The notes under the pieces were generated by a model. That model was given only the letters and a program-made list of their open reading frames with translations, was not told the origin of the DNA and made no database searches. Of a stretch of 46,927 nt of DNA, positions 13,520 through 26,952 are shown in pieces. Each line of letters opens with the position of its first letter. Position 1 is the first letter of the stretch. Location: the NCBI GenBank assembly GCA_030141605.1, contig JAQGDQ010001330.1, forward strand, positions 1-46,927, read 5' to 3'. The DNA comes from Tubiluchus corallicola. Lineage: Eukaryota > Animalia > Priapulida. Both the position numbers and the translations under genes were made by a program.

Positions 13520-14425
13520 TTGGGGGTCAATCTTGAAGACATGTGTTTAGTCTAATGAGACACAGAAACTTGAGGGTCATGAATTCGGTCCAATTTGAAC
13601 GCTGGTCCAGCGAAATCCAGAGAGACTTTAGGGTCAATGTTGAAGCCATGCATTCAGTCCAGTTTGAACGATGGCCCAGCAAAACCCAAAGAAACTTGAG
13701 GGTCAATATTGAAGCCATGCATTCAGTCCAGTTTGAACGATGGCCCAGCAAAACCCAAAGAGACTTGAGGGTCAATATTGAAGCCATGCATTCAGTCCAG
13801 TTTGAACGATGGCCCAGCAAAACCCAAAGAGACTTGAGGGTCAATATTGAAGCCATGCATTCAGTCCAGTTTGAACGATGGCCCAGCAAAACCCAAAGAG
13901 ACTTGAGGGTCAATATTGAAGCCATGTGTTTAGTCCAGTGAAGCCCACAGAAAACTTGAGGGTCAACGTTGAAGACATGCATTCAGTCCAGTCTGAGCGC
14001 TGGTCCAATGCAGCCCACAGAAACCTGAGGGTCAACGTTGAAGCCATGGGTCCAGTCCAGTTTGAACATTAGTCCAGCTAAGCCCACAGAAACTTGAGGG
14101 TCAACGTTGAAGCCATGGGTCCCGTCCAGTTTGAACATTAGTCCAGCTAAGCCCACAGAAACTTGAGGGTCAATGTTGAAGCCATGGGTTCAGTCCAGTT
14201 TAAACGCTGGTCCAGCTAAGTCCACAGAGACTTGAAGGTCAACGTTGAAGCCATGGGTTCAGTCCAGTTTAAACGCTGGTCCAGCTAAGTCCACAGAGAC
14301 TTGAGGGTCAACCTTGAAGCCATGGGTTCAGTCCAGTTTAAACGCTGGTCCAGCTAAGTCCACAGAGACTTGAGGGTCAACCTTGAAGCCATGCATTCAG
14401 TCCAGTTTAAACGCTGGTCCAGTGA
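13520..14425. repeat. 69-bp minisatellite (~13 copies)
   Basis: Unit GAGGGTCAATATTGAAGCCATGCATTCAGTCCAGTTTGAACGATGGCCCAGCAAAACCCAAAGAGACTT. Gives a 23-aa periodicity in the ORF track. Confidence 0.95.
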
Positions 14426-14899
14426 AGCCAACAGCCACTCAAAGAAATCATATGCATAAATTGGCAATAACAATAATACGTTTACCGCATTCATGAGATC
14501 ATCAAAAGCTGTGACCGAGAAAATTGTACAAACATGTTTACCAATAATCAATACACTAAACATGTGTTAAAAATCCCATACACTCGCGCATGCGTAAATG
14601 AGCAATACGTAATGTCTCCAACTAGACGAGCCTGACATTGACTGCTAAGAAGGTATCTGTCAATATAGTAAACTAGAGGGCAGAATGAATCGTACGGCAA
14701 AGCGATTTAGCAAATGCATAAATTATAATATTTTAATAAGCACATCAATTACGCAACAATTAGACTGTTTAAGGGGGAAGAAAAAAGTTTGTACAAAAGA
14801 ACTTTCTACACAAAGTTATACTAGTCCGCATTACGCATTTAAAAGACTTGCGTAATTAGAGAAGAAAATTTAATTAAAAATATTCGCGCCACCTGGTGA

Positions 14900-15865
14900 A
14901 ACGGCACTGCATGCCCATCCTAGCATGCACCACTGATTCACCAACAGCACTGCATCACCATCCCAGTGTGCACCACTGATTCACCAACAGCACTGCATCA
15001 ACATCCCAGTGTGCACCACTGATTCACCAACAGCACTGCATCACCATCCCAGTGTGCACCACTGATTCACCAACAGCACTGCATCAACATCCCAGTGTGC
15101 ACCACTGATTCACCAACAGCACTGCATCACCATCCCAGTGTGCACCACTGATTCACCAACAGCACTGCATCACCATCCCAGTGTGCACCACTGATTCACC
15201 AACAGCACTGCATCACCATCCCAGTGTGCACTACTGATTCACCAACAGCACTGCATCAACATCCCAGTGTGCACCACTGATTCACCAACAGCACTGCATC
15301 ACCATCCCAGTGTGCACCACTGATTCACCAACAGCACTGCATCACCATCCCAGCGTGCACCACTGATTCACCAACAGCACTGCATCACCATCCCAGTGTG
15401 CACTACTGATTCACCAACAGCACTGCATCACCATCCCAGTGTGCACCACTGATTCACCAACAGCACTGCATCACCATCCCAGCGTGCACCACTGATTCAC
15501 CAACAGCACTGCATCACCATCCCAGCGTGCACCACTGATTCACCAACAGCACTGCATCACCATCCCAGTGTGCACTACTGATTCACCAACAGCACTGCAT
15601 CACCATCCCAGTGTGCACCACTGATTCACCAACAGCACTGCATCACCATCCCAGTGTGCACCACTGATTCACCAACAGCACTGAATCACCATCCCAGCGT
15701 GCACCACTGATTCACCAACAGCACTGCATCAACATCCCAGTGTGCACTACTGATTCAACAACAGCACTGCATCACCATCCCAGTGTGCACCACTGATTCA
15801 CCATCAGCACTGCATCACCATCCCAGTGTGCACCACTGATTCACCAACAGCACTGTATCACCATG
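14900..15865. repeat. 43-bp minisatellite (~22 copies)
   Basis: Unit CACTGATTCACCAACAGCACTGCATCACCATCCCAGTGTGCAC, highly homogeneous. Confidence 0.97.
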
Positions 15866-16629
15866 CTACGCTGATCTGTAAGTCGTCTCTAAAGTACTGT
15901 ACCTTGCGCAGTTTTTTTATGCTATGTAGATTTTCTAGTTTGCCATTTTATCACCATTTTTAGTTTGTTGTTATTGGCTTAAATCAAAATAATTATTAAC
16001 AGATCAAACAACTGTCAGTTTTAAAATTTTATTAATTTTAAAGGCAGAAAATATTCTCGTATCCCACGGGATACAACGGGTATGAAAGGGTTAAAATATT
16101 TTTCAAGACCCGTTTCCATTCTCTAGCAATGAGCACCACTGGTCACAAAGACTCTTGCAGGACATGCCTTTCTGACTTGATTCCCTTAAGAGACCGAGTC
16201 AGCCTGTTCAACTGCCCTTTCACATCCCGATCAAATGCTGCATGAACTGAATAGAATTTCAACCATCTGCAACTCATGTGAGCCAAGGGAAACGGCCGTC
16301 ATTAGAATGGGTTCCCCGTGGACGTCGACTGTAAGGACATCTATCAGCGCGTATCATCATCAACTTTAATGGACGATGCACGTGCGCTCTCTGGCGGGCA
16401 GGACTGCTGTAATTCACTGTTAACAAGGTGTATAGAGGAATTTAACAAGATTAAAGACGGGCGACAATTGGACTGCAGCATTGATAAACACTCCAAGATA
16501 ATGGCAAAGTTACGCTTTTATAAATACTGGCTTCATTTCAATCATCCATCTTGCTTCTCTTGTGCGTGTTTAAAGTAAAAATACTCTCGAGGCAGCAAAA
16601 AATCGGAAAAGAAATCCAATAAAAGTACC

Positions 16630-16831
16630 AATAAGCCTTTTCACACTTGCACTGTGCGCACGCGCAGTCAAAGGTTAAGTGTACCGCAGCGACGCGTCTT
16701 AGCTACAATGGTCACGTGATCTGTCGGTAAAGCAAAGCCGTCTGCCGCATCACAAATGCGTTGCCTGGTACACTTAACCATTGACCATTTCACGGACATC
16801 ATCAGTCGCTGGAACTGTGAAAACGCTTATT
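16630..16831 (-). mobile_element. MITE (AATAAGCCTTTTCAC-TIR family), short ~200-bp copy
   Basis: AATAAGCCTTTTCACAC ... AACTGTGAAAACGCTTATT. Body is similar to 10858-11199. Confidence 0.75.
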
Positions 16832-16954
16832 GTGAGAAGGCACAACACCCAAGCGGTTATGACATTTGACTACGAGCCACAGGTTCTGGTTCGCACCTCA
16901 TTTGTGTCGGTTTTTTTCGAGGAATTTACCAATTTACCATCTATATCTCTATGT

Positions 16955-17345
16955 TTTTTGGGTTTATTAAAGTTTTACTGTTATCACTTAAATTTAGGAA
17001 GATATAACAAACAAATTTGCTAAACACTGCCTATAAAAGCATAAAAAATATACCACTTTCGAATAGAAATTTTCAGGCGTGGTGGTTGCCGCCATTCACT
17101 TGAAAATGATGACGTGACTAGGAGACTTCGTGACTTTTCGTAAACGCGTCGTGGCTTTCCGTAAATGCGCGAACTGCTTAAACCAATTCAAATTCCTGTA
17201 ACTTACCTAATGTTCGTGCAAAAATATTATAAAATTAAGTATCTAATTATTTTGCAAAAAACTTATTATACTTTTGACGAAAGATTGGCAGTGCGCTACT
17301 TTTCTTCAGGCCGAATGACGTCATTGAAAGAAGAAACTGACGTCA
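16955..17345 (+). mobile_element. Dispersed repeat, same family as 39284-39660 and 42755-43108
   Basis: Shared blocks such as GAATAGAAATTTTCAGGCGTGGTGGTTGCCGCCATTCACTTGAAAAT and GGAGACTTCGTGACTTTTCGTAA. Confidence 0.7.
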
Positions 17346-17956
17346 TTGGATGAGAGTCATGACATGTTTTAGCTCTCTAGACAATACGCGTTTGAACGGC
17401 TTCAACTGAAAGAAACAATTTGGCGCGAAGCCAGATGATTCGGCACTAAAGACCTGTGCAAACGCTTATCTGCTAATCTTTAAAATTGCCTTTGACGGTT
17501 TGAATAGCTTCGCAATATGTGCTTTTCTGTAGACAAACATTTTCCTTCACGAAAAACTTAAATGGAAAATATGGGGACGATGAAAACCTGTGAACAGTTT
17601 GCAGATGACGAGGAAAAATTTCACAATGGCGGGTACAAACACAGCGGAATGAAGGGGAAGTGCATTGATTTTCACACGCTGTTACAATGCTTGAAGAAAC
17701 TGTAAATATAGGCGACAGGGTCCGCAACTTTCCGCACATAAATACTTCATAGAATCACCCGTCCATTATTTATGAGTAGTGGAAAGCGAGATGGTCATGT
17801 GTTTGTGGTCAGTGGCGAGGAATTTAACTCTCTAGCAACGTCTTGCTTAGCCCGCGCATATGGTGGCTATCAAATCACTCATTTATAAATCCATTAAGTC
17901 TTGAATGCATTTTAACTCACTCATGGAAGCAATTAACATCTAATTAGGTAGGAAAC

Positions 17957-19954
17957 GAGAAATCTGTAAATTTGTCATTCGAGAATTCGCGCTAGTTTAA
18001 GCATAATGCAATTACTTAATTACATAAGACTGGTCCCAGGATTCCTCCTTGCGGGACTCCCGGCAACCAATAAGCAAAGTAATAGCATCGCTGTAATCAT
18101 ATTTACTGAAAAACTTGGTAACGAGTTCATATGGAAATCATGAATATTTCTACGCCTCAAAGAAGTGATTTTCAGGCATTTCTTTGAGATATACCTTTGA
18201 ATTTTAAAGGACAAGAAAAGGGGTGAAGTAGGTTTCAGAAAAACTGCCTTAAAAAATTATATTACTTTACAGCAATTTAATGCGTATATAGCAATCATGT
18301 TGAAAAGATTTTTTGTTTATTTTCATTTTAAATTTCCAGCAATACCGCGCCATTTAATGACGTCATATACGCACAACGTAAATCAGGGGAGAAAAGGAAA
18401 TGTTAAGTTGTGTCCCGAAACACTTTTCATGTAAAGTTATATTGCTTAGCATTTCGTTTACCTGCTTGAAAGACTTATGTAACTAGAAAAGAAAAATGTT
18501 AATAATTTAAAACGTTTTCACCAATTGGTAGAATGTCGCTGACTCACCCTCCAGGGTGCACCACTTACTAAGCAAAAAACGTATTTTTAACCTTATCGTC
18601 AAAATAGCTGCGTCTAACGGTCATCGTGGGAGTTTAAATTTACATGTTTTATACAGCGCGGCTGCCGACGCAAGCCCTGTGTGTAAAAAGCAGTATGTAA
18701 CTAGTATAAAATTTAAAGACGAATTTTTTAAGCTTTATGTACGTGGAGGGGTGTCTTGTGCTTTAAGGTAAAACTTATTGATGTTAGCGGTATGGGCTTT
18801 GAACTATGAACTGTTGTGACACGGGGTTTAATCACAAAACAACATGAATCGTAACTGGATAAATATTTATTGTTACAGTTCTTTGCAAGTAAGAATTATG
18901 TCCCCATTAAATATGCTTGAATTGGAACGGGACTCATTTACTGTAAATTTCAAGTAATAAATTCTCTGCATTGAAGCTAATTAATCCCATACAGTATGAT
19001 AGGAAACGAATGCGCCACATTAGCTAGCTTTCCCTTTTCAGAAGCCCTGAAAAGACATAGTTTTAAATGTTCTAATACGTTGTAATAAGTTGGATAAAAA
19101 AGTTCATCAAAGCTTCATCAAAAAGCCAAATTTCATTCATATTACAAGTTGTATTATATCAGACGGTGCAAAAAAAACGTACCGAAGTTTCGATCATGAT
19201 ATTAGGAACATAATGGAATCTCTTGAAAATTACCACACCGATGTTCCGGGTTTATTTACAATCACCAAGAATTTTGGATCATTATTAGATTTTTCTAAAA
19301 ATACAGAAGTCTTGAAAAACAAATAAAAAAATACCAGAATAAATGTAGTGTCACATATTGCCAAAATTTACAAGAAGTGTTTTTGTGTCTCCATTTTCAC
19401 TGCAAATAGGACGAAGGCATCTCTTCCAACAACTGGCACAGTTTTTTACTTCTTTGAGGGGTATTTGGTAAGCAATATGCTAAGCAATATAACTTTACAT
19501 GAAAAGTCTTTTGGGACACAACATAACATTTCCTTTTCTCCCCCTGAATTATGTTGTGCGTATATGACGTCATATAATGGCACGGTCGGAACAGTATTGC
19601 GGGAAATTTAAAATGAAAATAAACAGAAAATATTTTCAACGTGAGTGCTATATACGCATTAAATTGCTATAAAGTAATATAATTTACTTGTCTTTTCTTG
19701 TCCTTTAAACTTCAAAGATATACCTCGAAGAAATGTTGAAAACCACTTCTTTGAGGCGCAGAAATATTCATGATTTCCATATGAACTCGTTACCAAGTTT
19801 TTCAGTAAATATGATTACAGCGATGCTATTACTTTGCTTATTGGTTGACGGGAGTCCCGCAAGGAGGAATCCTGGGACCAGTATTATGTAATTAAGTAAT
19901 TGCATTATGCTTAAACTAGCGCGAATTCTCGAATGACAAATTTACAAATTTCTC
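17957..19954. repeat. Long inverted repeat / foldback (arms ~17957-18452 and ~19477-19954)
   Basis: The outer ~250 bp of the arms are near-perfect reverse complements, e.g. CTGGTCCCAGGATTCCTCCTTGCGGGACTCCCG vs CGGGAGTCCCGCAAGGAGGAATCCTGGGACCAG. Confidence 0.9.
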
Positions 19955-21167
19955 CTCAACAATTTCTCCTTTTACTTTCTCTGAATCAAACAGCTTTCAT
20001 AAAATTCGTCTGGGAATTGCAGATACCGTAACCTATAGAATTATGTTTCATTTTTTCTTGATAACAAATCTTTATCAGTACTTGTTTCTGTGGTGAAGAG
20101 ACAATAATGTAAACTTGTTAATTTCTTTATTGTTTTGCTGCCAGGTACTGAATGTTTGAAATACGTCAACGTGGCTGTTTTTCCACTGCCGGTTAGCTGA
20201 TGTTATCTTGGCATTTAATTTTTCAACGTGTAAAAGTGTTTCGACCATAAAACTACTAAAACTACAAATGTGCAACTTTCACAGGCAAAAGTTAATCAGT
20301 TATATGTAGTATCATGCTGTGAAATTTCAACGTTGTAGAACGTTTGCTGCTAATATTTTTGCAGTCTAAACTTCGGCACCTTTTTTCTGTGCCACCCTAT
20401 ATAAAAGACGTCAGTCGAAAAAGACACAAGAACCTAACCTACAGTGATGACGGCAACGGTAGGGGCAACGGCTGGAACATCATCTTCACGACATACTTAA
20501 TTGACTTTTACCATGTAGTTGCGACTACAGTCGAAGCCGTGCGTAACTTGAAATAACTCTGACTGGCATTTATTGCGAATGCAGGTGGTCGGACGGGTTG
20601 AAGAGCATGGCGCTAATGGCTTTGTGCGCTCAGGTGCGCAGCATTTATAACATGCAATGATATACTCTTCTGCCATAACTGCAAGTTTTATACGTTGCAA
20701 ACGTTCACAGATAAAGGATTACATTGAAATAAATGCAACGATTTTTCTTGCGCTTTATACTCGCACGTGAACAAGTAAATGTAATTAAAACACTGAAGTC
20801 CCCGGTGGCAGAATTTTCAAGCAACGTACTTGCCGTTTTATCAGCGCGAATGCCGCGCCACCCTTGAGACTCTTAATTTACCGAGTAAAAAAAACTTAAC
20901 TGACTTGACTCCTCGAGAGAAAATAGATTTGCGCGTTTGCAACGACGCGACTCGCAGGTTGTTGAGGAGCGACGCAGAACTAGAAATGGACGAAGCTGTT
21001 GTACATCCGATGAGTTGGCAACATCAGCAATTTACAAAGGAGAAATGTTTATTTAGATGCTATTTGAAATCGAAGTAAATAGATTGTTGACATTAAAATG
21101 TATTTACAAATATAATATACGATAATTACATGATGAATAAACCGAATGTCTAATCAGTAAACATTTT

Positions 21168-22229
21168 TTAAAGTAAAACCGGATCTCATCTTAAACTGTA
21201 GATCAAAACTATTTAAAACATTGAAAGGAAATATACTATTTTTTCAAAAATGACTTACATGAAAGAACTATTACCACACAAACACAATTTCACGTTCGCG
21301 ATACTAGTTTTTCACTGTTATATGCATTTCGGATACGCACAGTACAAAAAACGGGTGCTGTACCTCTTAGCTCTGATGTGTTAGTTTGTGACGAACTGCA
21401 GACGTTCAACAGCTCATGCGGTAAATATGAAATTTGAATTTTTATCTTTGCCAAGTTTTAGTACAACACAATGAATATCTTACAGTAGCACTGTACTTCA
21501 ATTTTCAGTTTTGAAAACACGTGCAACACGCTCGTGGAATATTTGTGCTGTTGAAAACTGGTTAGTTTGTGATGTCATCAACAGTTGGGCTCGCCCGCCG
21601 TTAATTAAGTTTTTAATCTATTATTTAATTATCAGAAATGCTTTTGCACTATTAATTGTGTTGAAATGTATACTTTTTATCGGACTTGAAAATGAAATAT
21701 ATGAAGCATATGAAAAATCATCCTGTTTTTCTTTAATTTTCATTTTACTAAAAATATAATTAATGGCTGGTGAGCTGAACTATTGATGGCATCACAAACT
21801 AACATAAATTTCAACAGCAAAAATATTCCGCGAGCGTGTTGCACGTGTTTGTGAAAGAGAAAATTGAAGTACAGTGCTACTGGAAGATATCCAATGTGTT
21901 GTACTAAAACTAGGTAAGTTTTAATACAAAAATTCAAATTTTAAATTCCCCGCTGTGCTCACGCATGAGCTGTCGAGTGTGTGCAGTACGTCACAAACTT
22001 ACATATCTGAACTGAAAGGTACAGTACCTGTTTCTTTGCGCAATGCGTTTCCGAAATACAGGCGCTAGTGCCCGTCTAACTAGCGAACGGCGAAAGGTGA
22101 AATTGTGTTTGTGGTAATGATTCTTTCACATAAGTCATTTTTGAAAAAAATAGTATGTTTCCTTTCACTATTTTAAAGAGTAGATTGTTTTGACCTGCAG
22201 TTTAAGATTGGGTCCGGTTTTTGCTTTTA
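21168..22229. mobile_element. Inverted pair of a TTAAAG-starting (Kolobok-like) non-autonomous repeat
   Basis: 21168-21615 is the reverse complement of 21755-22229. A third copy lies at 43460-44080. Confidence 0.7.
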
Positions 22230-22471
22230 TACGGCTGTTGGTGTTAATTGTATGCAACATTGATTTTACATAAATGGGTAAACCGTATTTGTCTTTCTAA
22301 AACTAGCAAAACAAGACTGTTAATTTACATACTTTGTGAGCAATTAGCAGACGTTCAATTTCCATCTAGGAAAACATGTAAATTTTTTAATGACAACAGA
22401 AAAGAAGTAAATGAAACCATTAGCTGGGGAGTGAAACAAATATTGTCTTTACACCGTCGGCCAAAAACGGC

Positions 22472-23606
22472 AGTTGAGTTACGCGCTAAACGCGAGATTG
22501 ATTAACGCGTAAGTGACTGACGCGTGTGTGTATAATGTCTCTGCAGACAATGCTTGCATAGCAAATGCAAGTTGAGTTACGCGCTAAACGCGAGATTCAT
22601 TAACGCGTAAGTGATTGACGCGTATGTGTATAATGTCTCTGCAGACAATGCTTGCATAGCAAATGCAAGTTGAGTTACGCGCTAAACGCGAGATTGATTA
22701 ACGCGTAAGTGATTGACGCGTATGTGTATAAATGTCTCTGCAGACAATGCTTGCATAGCAAATGCAAGTTGAGTTACGCGTTAAAGGCGAGATTCATTAA
22801 CGCGTAAGTGATTGACGCGTATGTGTATAATGTCTCTGTAGACAATGCTTGCATAGCAAATGCAAGTTCAGTTACGCGCTAAACGCGAGATTGATTAATG
22901 CGTAAGTGTATAATGTCTCTGCAGACAATGCTTGCATAGCAAATGCAAGTTGAGTTACGCGCTAAACGCGAGATTGATTAACGCGTAAGTGATTGACGCG
23001 TATGTGTATAAATGTCTCTGCAGACAATGCTTGCATAGCAAATGCAAGTTGAGTTACGCGTTAAAGGCGAGATTCATTAACGCGTAAGTGATTGACGCGT
23101 ATGTGTATAATGTCTCTGTAGACAATGCTTGCATAGCAAATGCAAGTTCAGTTACGCGCTAAACGCGAGATTGATTAATGCGTAAGTGTATAATGTCTCT
23201 GCAGACAATGCTTGCATAGCAAATGCAAGTTGAGTTACGCGCTAAACGCGAGATTGATTAACGCGTAAGTGATTGACGCGTATGTGTATAAATGTCTCTG
23301 CAGACAATGCTTGCATAGCAAATGCAAGTTGAGTTACGCGCTAAACGCGAGATTGATTAACGCGTATGTGTATAATGTCTCTGTAGACAATGCTTGCATA
23401 GCAAATGCAAGTTGAGTTACGCGCTAAACGCGAGATTGATTAACGCGTAAGTGATTGACGCGTATGTGTATAATGTCTCTGTAGACAATGCTTGCATAAC
23501 AAATGCAAGTTGAGTTACGCGCTAAACGCGAGATTCATTAACGCGTAAGTGACTGACGCGTGTGTGTATAATGTCTCTGCAGACAATGCTTGCATAGCAA
23601 ATGCAA
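22472..23606. repeat. ~98-bp CpG-rich minisatellite (~12 units) with a 280-bp higher-order duplication
   Basis: Unit GTTGAGTTACGCGCTAAACGCGAGATTGATTAACGCGTAAGTGATTGACGCGTATGTGTATAATGTCTCTGCAGACAATGCTTGCATAGCAAATGCAA. The variant pattern recurs at 22669, 22949 and 23229. Confidence 0.95.
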
Positions 23607-25340
23607 TAAACAAAACAGTGATTAAATAAGGAGGATCTGCTTATAAATCCGCTTTTCCATCGGACTGATTATCTGTGAAATTTTTTAAAAAATGGAAACT
23701 ACAAACTTAGTCTATTAAAGGGAAACCGGACAACTGATTAGTCTCAATCACATTTTAATTTAGCATCCAAAATATACGCTTTCTTACGTTTCTCATGTTT
23801 GAATAATTAGCTTGGAAAGTTAATTAACGGCAACCTAACACGGCTGTCGCCTACGTCACAAACTAGCCACAGTTTGTGCAATGGTATGGCATCAATGCAA
23901 TGTTAAGCATGTTTGCGTAAGTGAAGACGCTGATGTGATGTCACGAAAATGAGTTGTACATCAGACTGACGTCACAGACGAACACTGCAGTTCATGATGA
24001 TGCTTATCACAATAGCGCGCCTATTTGTCGGCCACACTAATGTGACGAAAAGGCACCATTATCAGTCTTAGTGGATTCGCTGAGCCGCGCGTATTTTAAA
24101 GTTTAACAAAATTTAACTATCCGAAGTAATTATTATTTAATCTAAGCTTTGATTCAAAAAAAGCTATTGTAGTTTTCATTACAGCATAGTTTATTTTGAA
24201 CGAATGTCTACACAATCGTCCGGTTTTCCTTTAAAGAAGAACACGGTAGAATTAATCTACAAATAATTACATTACTATTTACTAACACAGACAGATACCC
24301 AGTATCAGTACGAAATTAGCTATACCCGGGGAGGAATTCTATTTAATTTTCCATTGTCCGTTACCATTGGTTAGAAAAGATATAAGAGTAATTCTCGCAC
24401 GCAGCTTAGAAAATAATGACATTCGAAACATTTACAGAAAGAGAGACACTAATGTAATTAAAATGTATATAGATTTGTAAAAGAACTAACCCAAAATGAT
24501 CTTATAGTAAATTGATTATACATTGATTATAAATATTGGATATATATCTAGAATAAGTAAATCGTAATGCAAAATTGTCAGCTTGTTTAGTAAGTAATTC
24601 ATTAAATGTACATAGTGTAAAGACGTATTTAACATTTTTGTACTTTTGTGCCCTGCAAATAGAGGGCTTCTTGTATAATTTTCAATAAAAATTTTTAATA
24701 ATAATTCTCCTTCTCTGGACATTTTCATCCCCCTTACACCCCCAATGGCAATCAAACTTGTTTAGGACGAGGTGTATAAGAAGCGCAGGCCTGCGTCTTG
24801 TACAGCGTGAAGATTGAATAAACATGATGAAGGCATTTATCAAACACGCATGCGCAAACAACAAGTTTATCATGGCGGCAAAAACAGTTTGGAAGAACAT
24901 GAAAATGTTACACGAACCAGGCAACAGAAATAAAATTTGACTGTGAATCAACTACGTGCTTTTGAAAAGGTCAGGTTGCTTAAACAGGCCAGTATGTAAG
25001 AAGAGCTTGAGAAAGTAAAACGAAATTGTGGATGACCACAAGCAGTCCATCCATTGTCCATACTTTCTTGTCCACTGCATGCTTTCTCGTCGTAAGTAAG
25101 ACACGTGAAGAAAATTTCTTCGAATAATACACTTATGATAAAAACAAGCAGCTGTGAAAATCATTTACGTTCGCCAAGAAGCCCAAGTTCAACAGGGTCG
25201 GTCAAACATTCTAGGTCTGCTTGGCTTCATCGCAAACTACAGGCGTCTAGGATTGCACGCGGTTGAAGAGGAAACTTGAAACTCTCTTCTTCTCTCTTCA
25301 GCAAGAAAAAACTACATGTCTAATACAATTCGTCTCAAAT

Positions 25341-25873
25341 CAGTACGTGGGCCTCTTCCCGGCCAAGTATCACAATTCCAGTACGTAGGCCTCTTCCCGG
25401 CCAAGTGTCACAATTCCAGTACGTGGGCCTTTTCCCGGCCAAGTATCACAATTCCAGTACGTGGGCCTCTTCCCGGCCAAGTTTCACAATTCTAGTACGT
25501 GGGCCTCCCTCCGGCCAAGTGTCACAATTCCAGTACGTGGGCCTTTTCCCGGCCAAGTATCACAATTCCAGTACATGGGCCTCCTCCCGACCAAATATCA
25601 CAATTCCAGCACGTGGGCCTTTTCCCGGCCAAGTATCACAATTCCAGTACGTCGGCCTCTTCCCGGCCAAGTATCACAATTCTAGTACGTGGGCCTCTTC
25701 CCGGCCAAGTGTCACAATTTCAGTACGTAGGCCTCTTCCCGCCCAAGTGTCACAATTCCAGTACGTATGCCTCTTCCCGGCCAAGTATCACAATTCCAGT
25801 ACATGGGCCTCTTCCCGGCCAAGTATCACAATTCCAGCACGTGGGCCTTTTCCCGGCCAAGTATCACAATTCC
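25341..25873. repeat. 38-bp minisatellite (~14 copies)
   Basis: Unit CAGTACGTGGGCCTCTTCCCGGCCAAGTATCACAATTC. Confidence 0.96.
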
Positions 25874-26859
25874 ATTCGGAGCCGCCGAGAGACTGCGACA
25901 GAGCAAGAGAAATTTTGGGCCCCCTTCCTCACAAGGGCATGAAGACTATATATACAACACAATAATTTATGTTCAATAATTTTCATTGCTTAATAACTAA
26001 AATATGTTTATTCTCTGTAAACCATAACACGTCCCGGTTTATTTTCTACTAACTGAGGCTGTGCGACTTGTAGAAAAACCTACAGATGAGCTCTGACTGG
26101 ACAATACACTAAACTGAGATTAGGTTTAGAAAATTGAAAATTATCCTGTGGTGAGAGCAGCGCAAATTGTTAGACCTAACATGCATAGATCAAGTTAAAG
26201 CTTCATATGTTTTACAGTAATAGAGTCTACATTGTTTAACATATTAACTAATGTCAAATGTAGATGAAAATCCGATAAAAATATTGTTTAAAAATGTGGT
26301 ATAGACAAGAGTAAAGTATCTGATTCACATCGGCACGAATACTGGTCATGCTGACAAAATCTAATATTAATGGGTTGCGAGGCAATGTACGGCTGCACCC
26401 CCCCCCCCCAATCCCCTCCCCTCTCCTTGAGCCTAATTTCACTACTTGCAAATAAAAGTATATGACGTTTCAATGTCTAAAATGCTTTCATCAGTATTTA
26501 GGGTGCTTAAGACAATTCTATCTGCCGACTACACGTCATCAGATGGGTTTCCTGCCTTATTGAAAACGTTTTTCCAAACTAATCAAGAGTTTACCTAACT
26601 TCTATTTATTATTGATGCCACAGTTACGGCAATATTGACTTCAAAATGGAAAAGATAATAAAAATGATGTGTAAGCTTCACTTCTTAATTCTTGCATTAT
26701 TTACGTCCGAGCGTAATTGACAAATCGATTTTTTAATCAGTCGCCACGCTTGGCGATAAACTTTACCCGCGGATAGCAAACGTCTATGCAAAATTGCAAA
26801 GTACAAGATTACAACTATCAGGATCTAATCTAACCTTGACCGCGGTGGTTGGTGGCAGC

Positions 26860-26952
26860 ACTGTGCAGTCGACAGTGGTTAACGCTAATCCCTGGGTCCA
26901 ACGCTGTTTTGAGGAGTTTACAGGCTGTACTTAATCGCCGATTCTGTAGAAG
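26860..26952 (+). other. Candidate non-coding 5' leader exon for the GNAT gene(s)
   Basis: Strong donor AAG|GTAAGA at 26952/26953. Both GNAT ATG exons are preceded by acceptor-like CAG (27808; 31031). The start coordinate is approximate. Confidence 0.4.

Noticed and set aside
13527-13982. ORFs with 23-aa repeats on both strands (likewise the 38-aa repeat ORFs at 25405-25979)
   Set aside because: Translations of the 69-bp and 38-bp minisatellites.
14900-15865. CRISPR-like regular repeats (also 25341-25873, 11540-12184, 31545-32200)
   Set aside because: Units are contiguous with no unique spacers, there are no cas genes, and the context is eukaryotic and intron-containing.
10650-16094. piggyBac-like ends TTAA|CCCTTTCA ... 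TGAAAGGG|TTAA bracketing exon D
   Set aside because: Only 8 bp of inverted match, and the enclosed exon is colinear with its host gene. More likely the ends of two separate relics.
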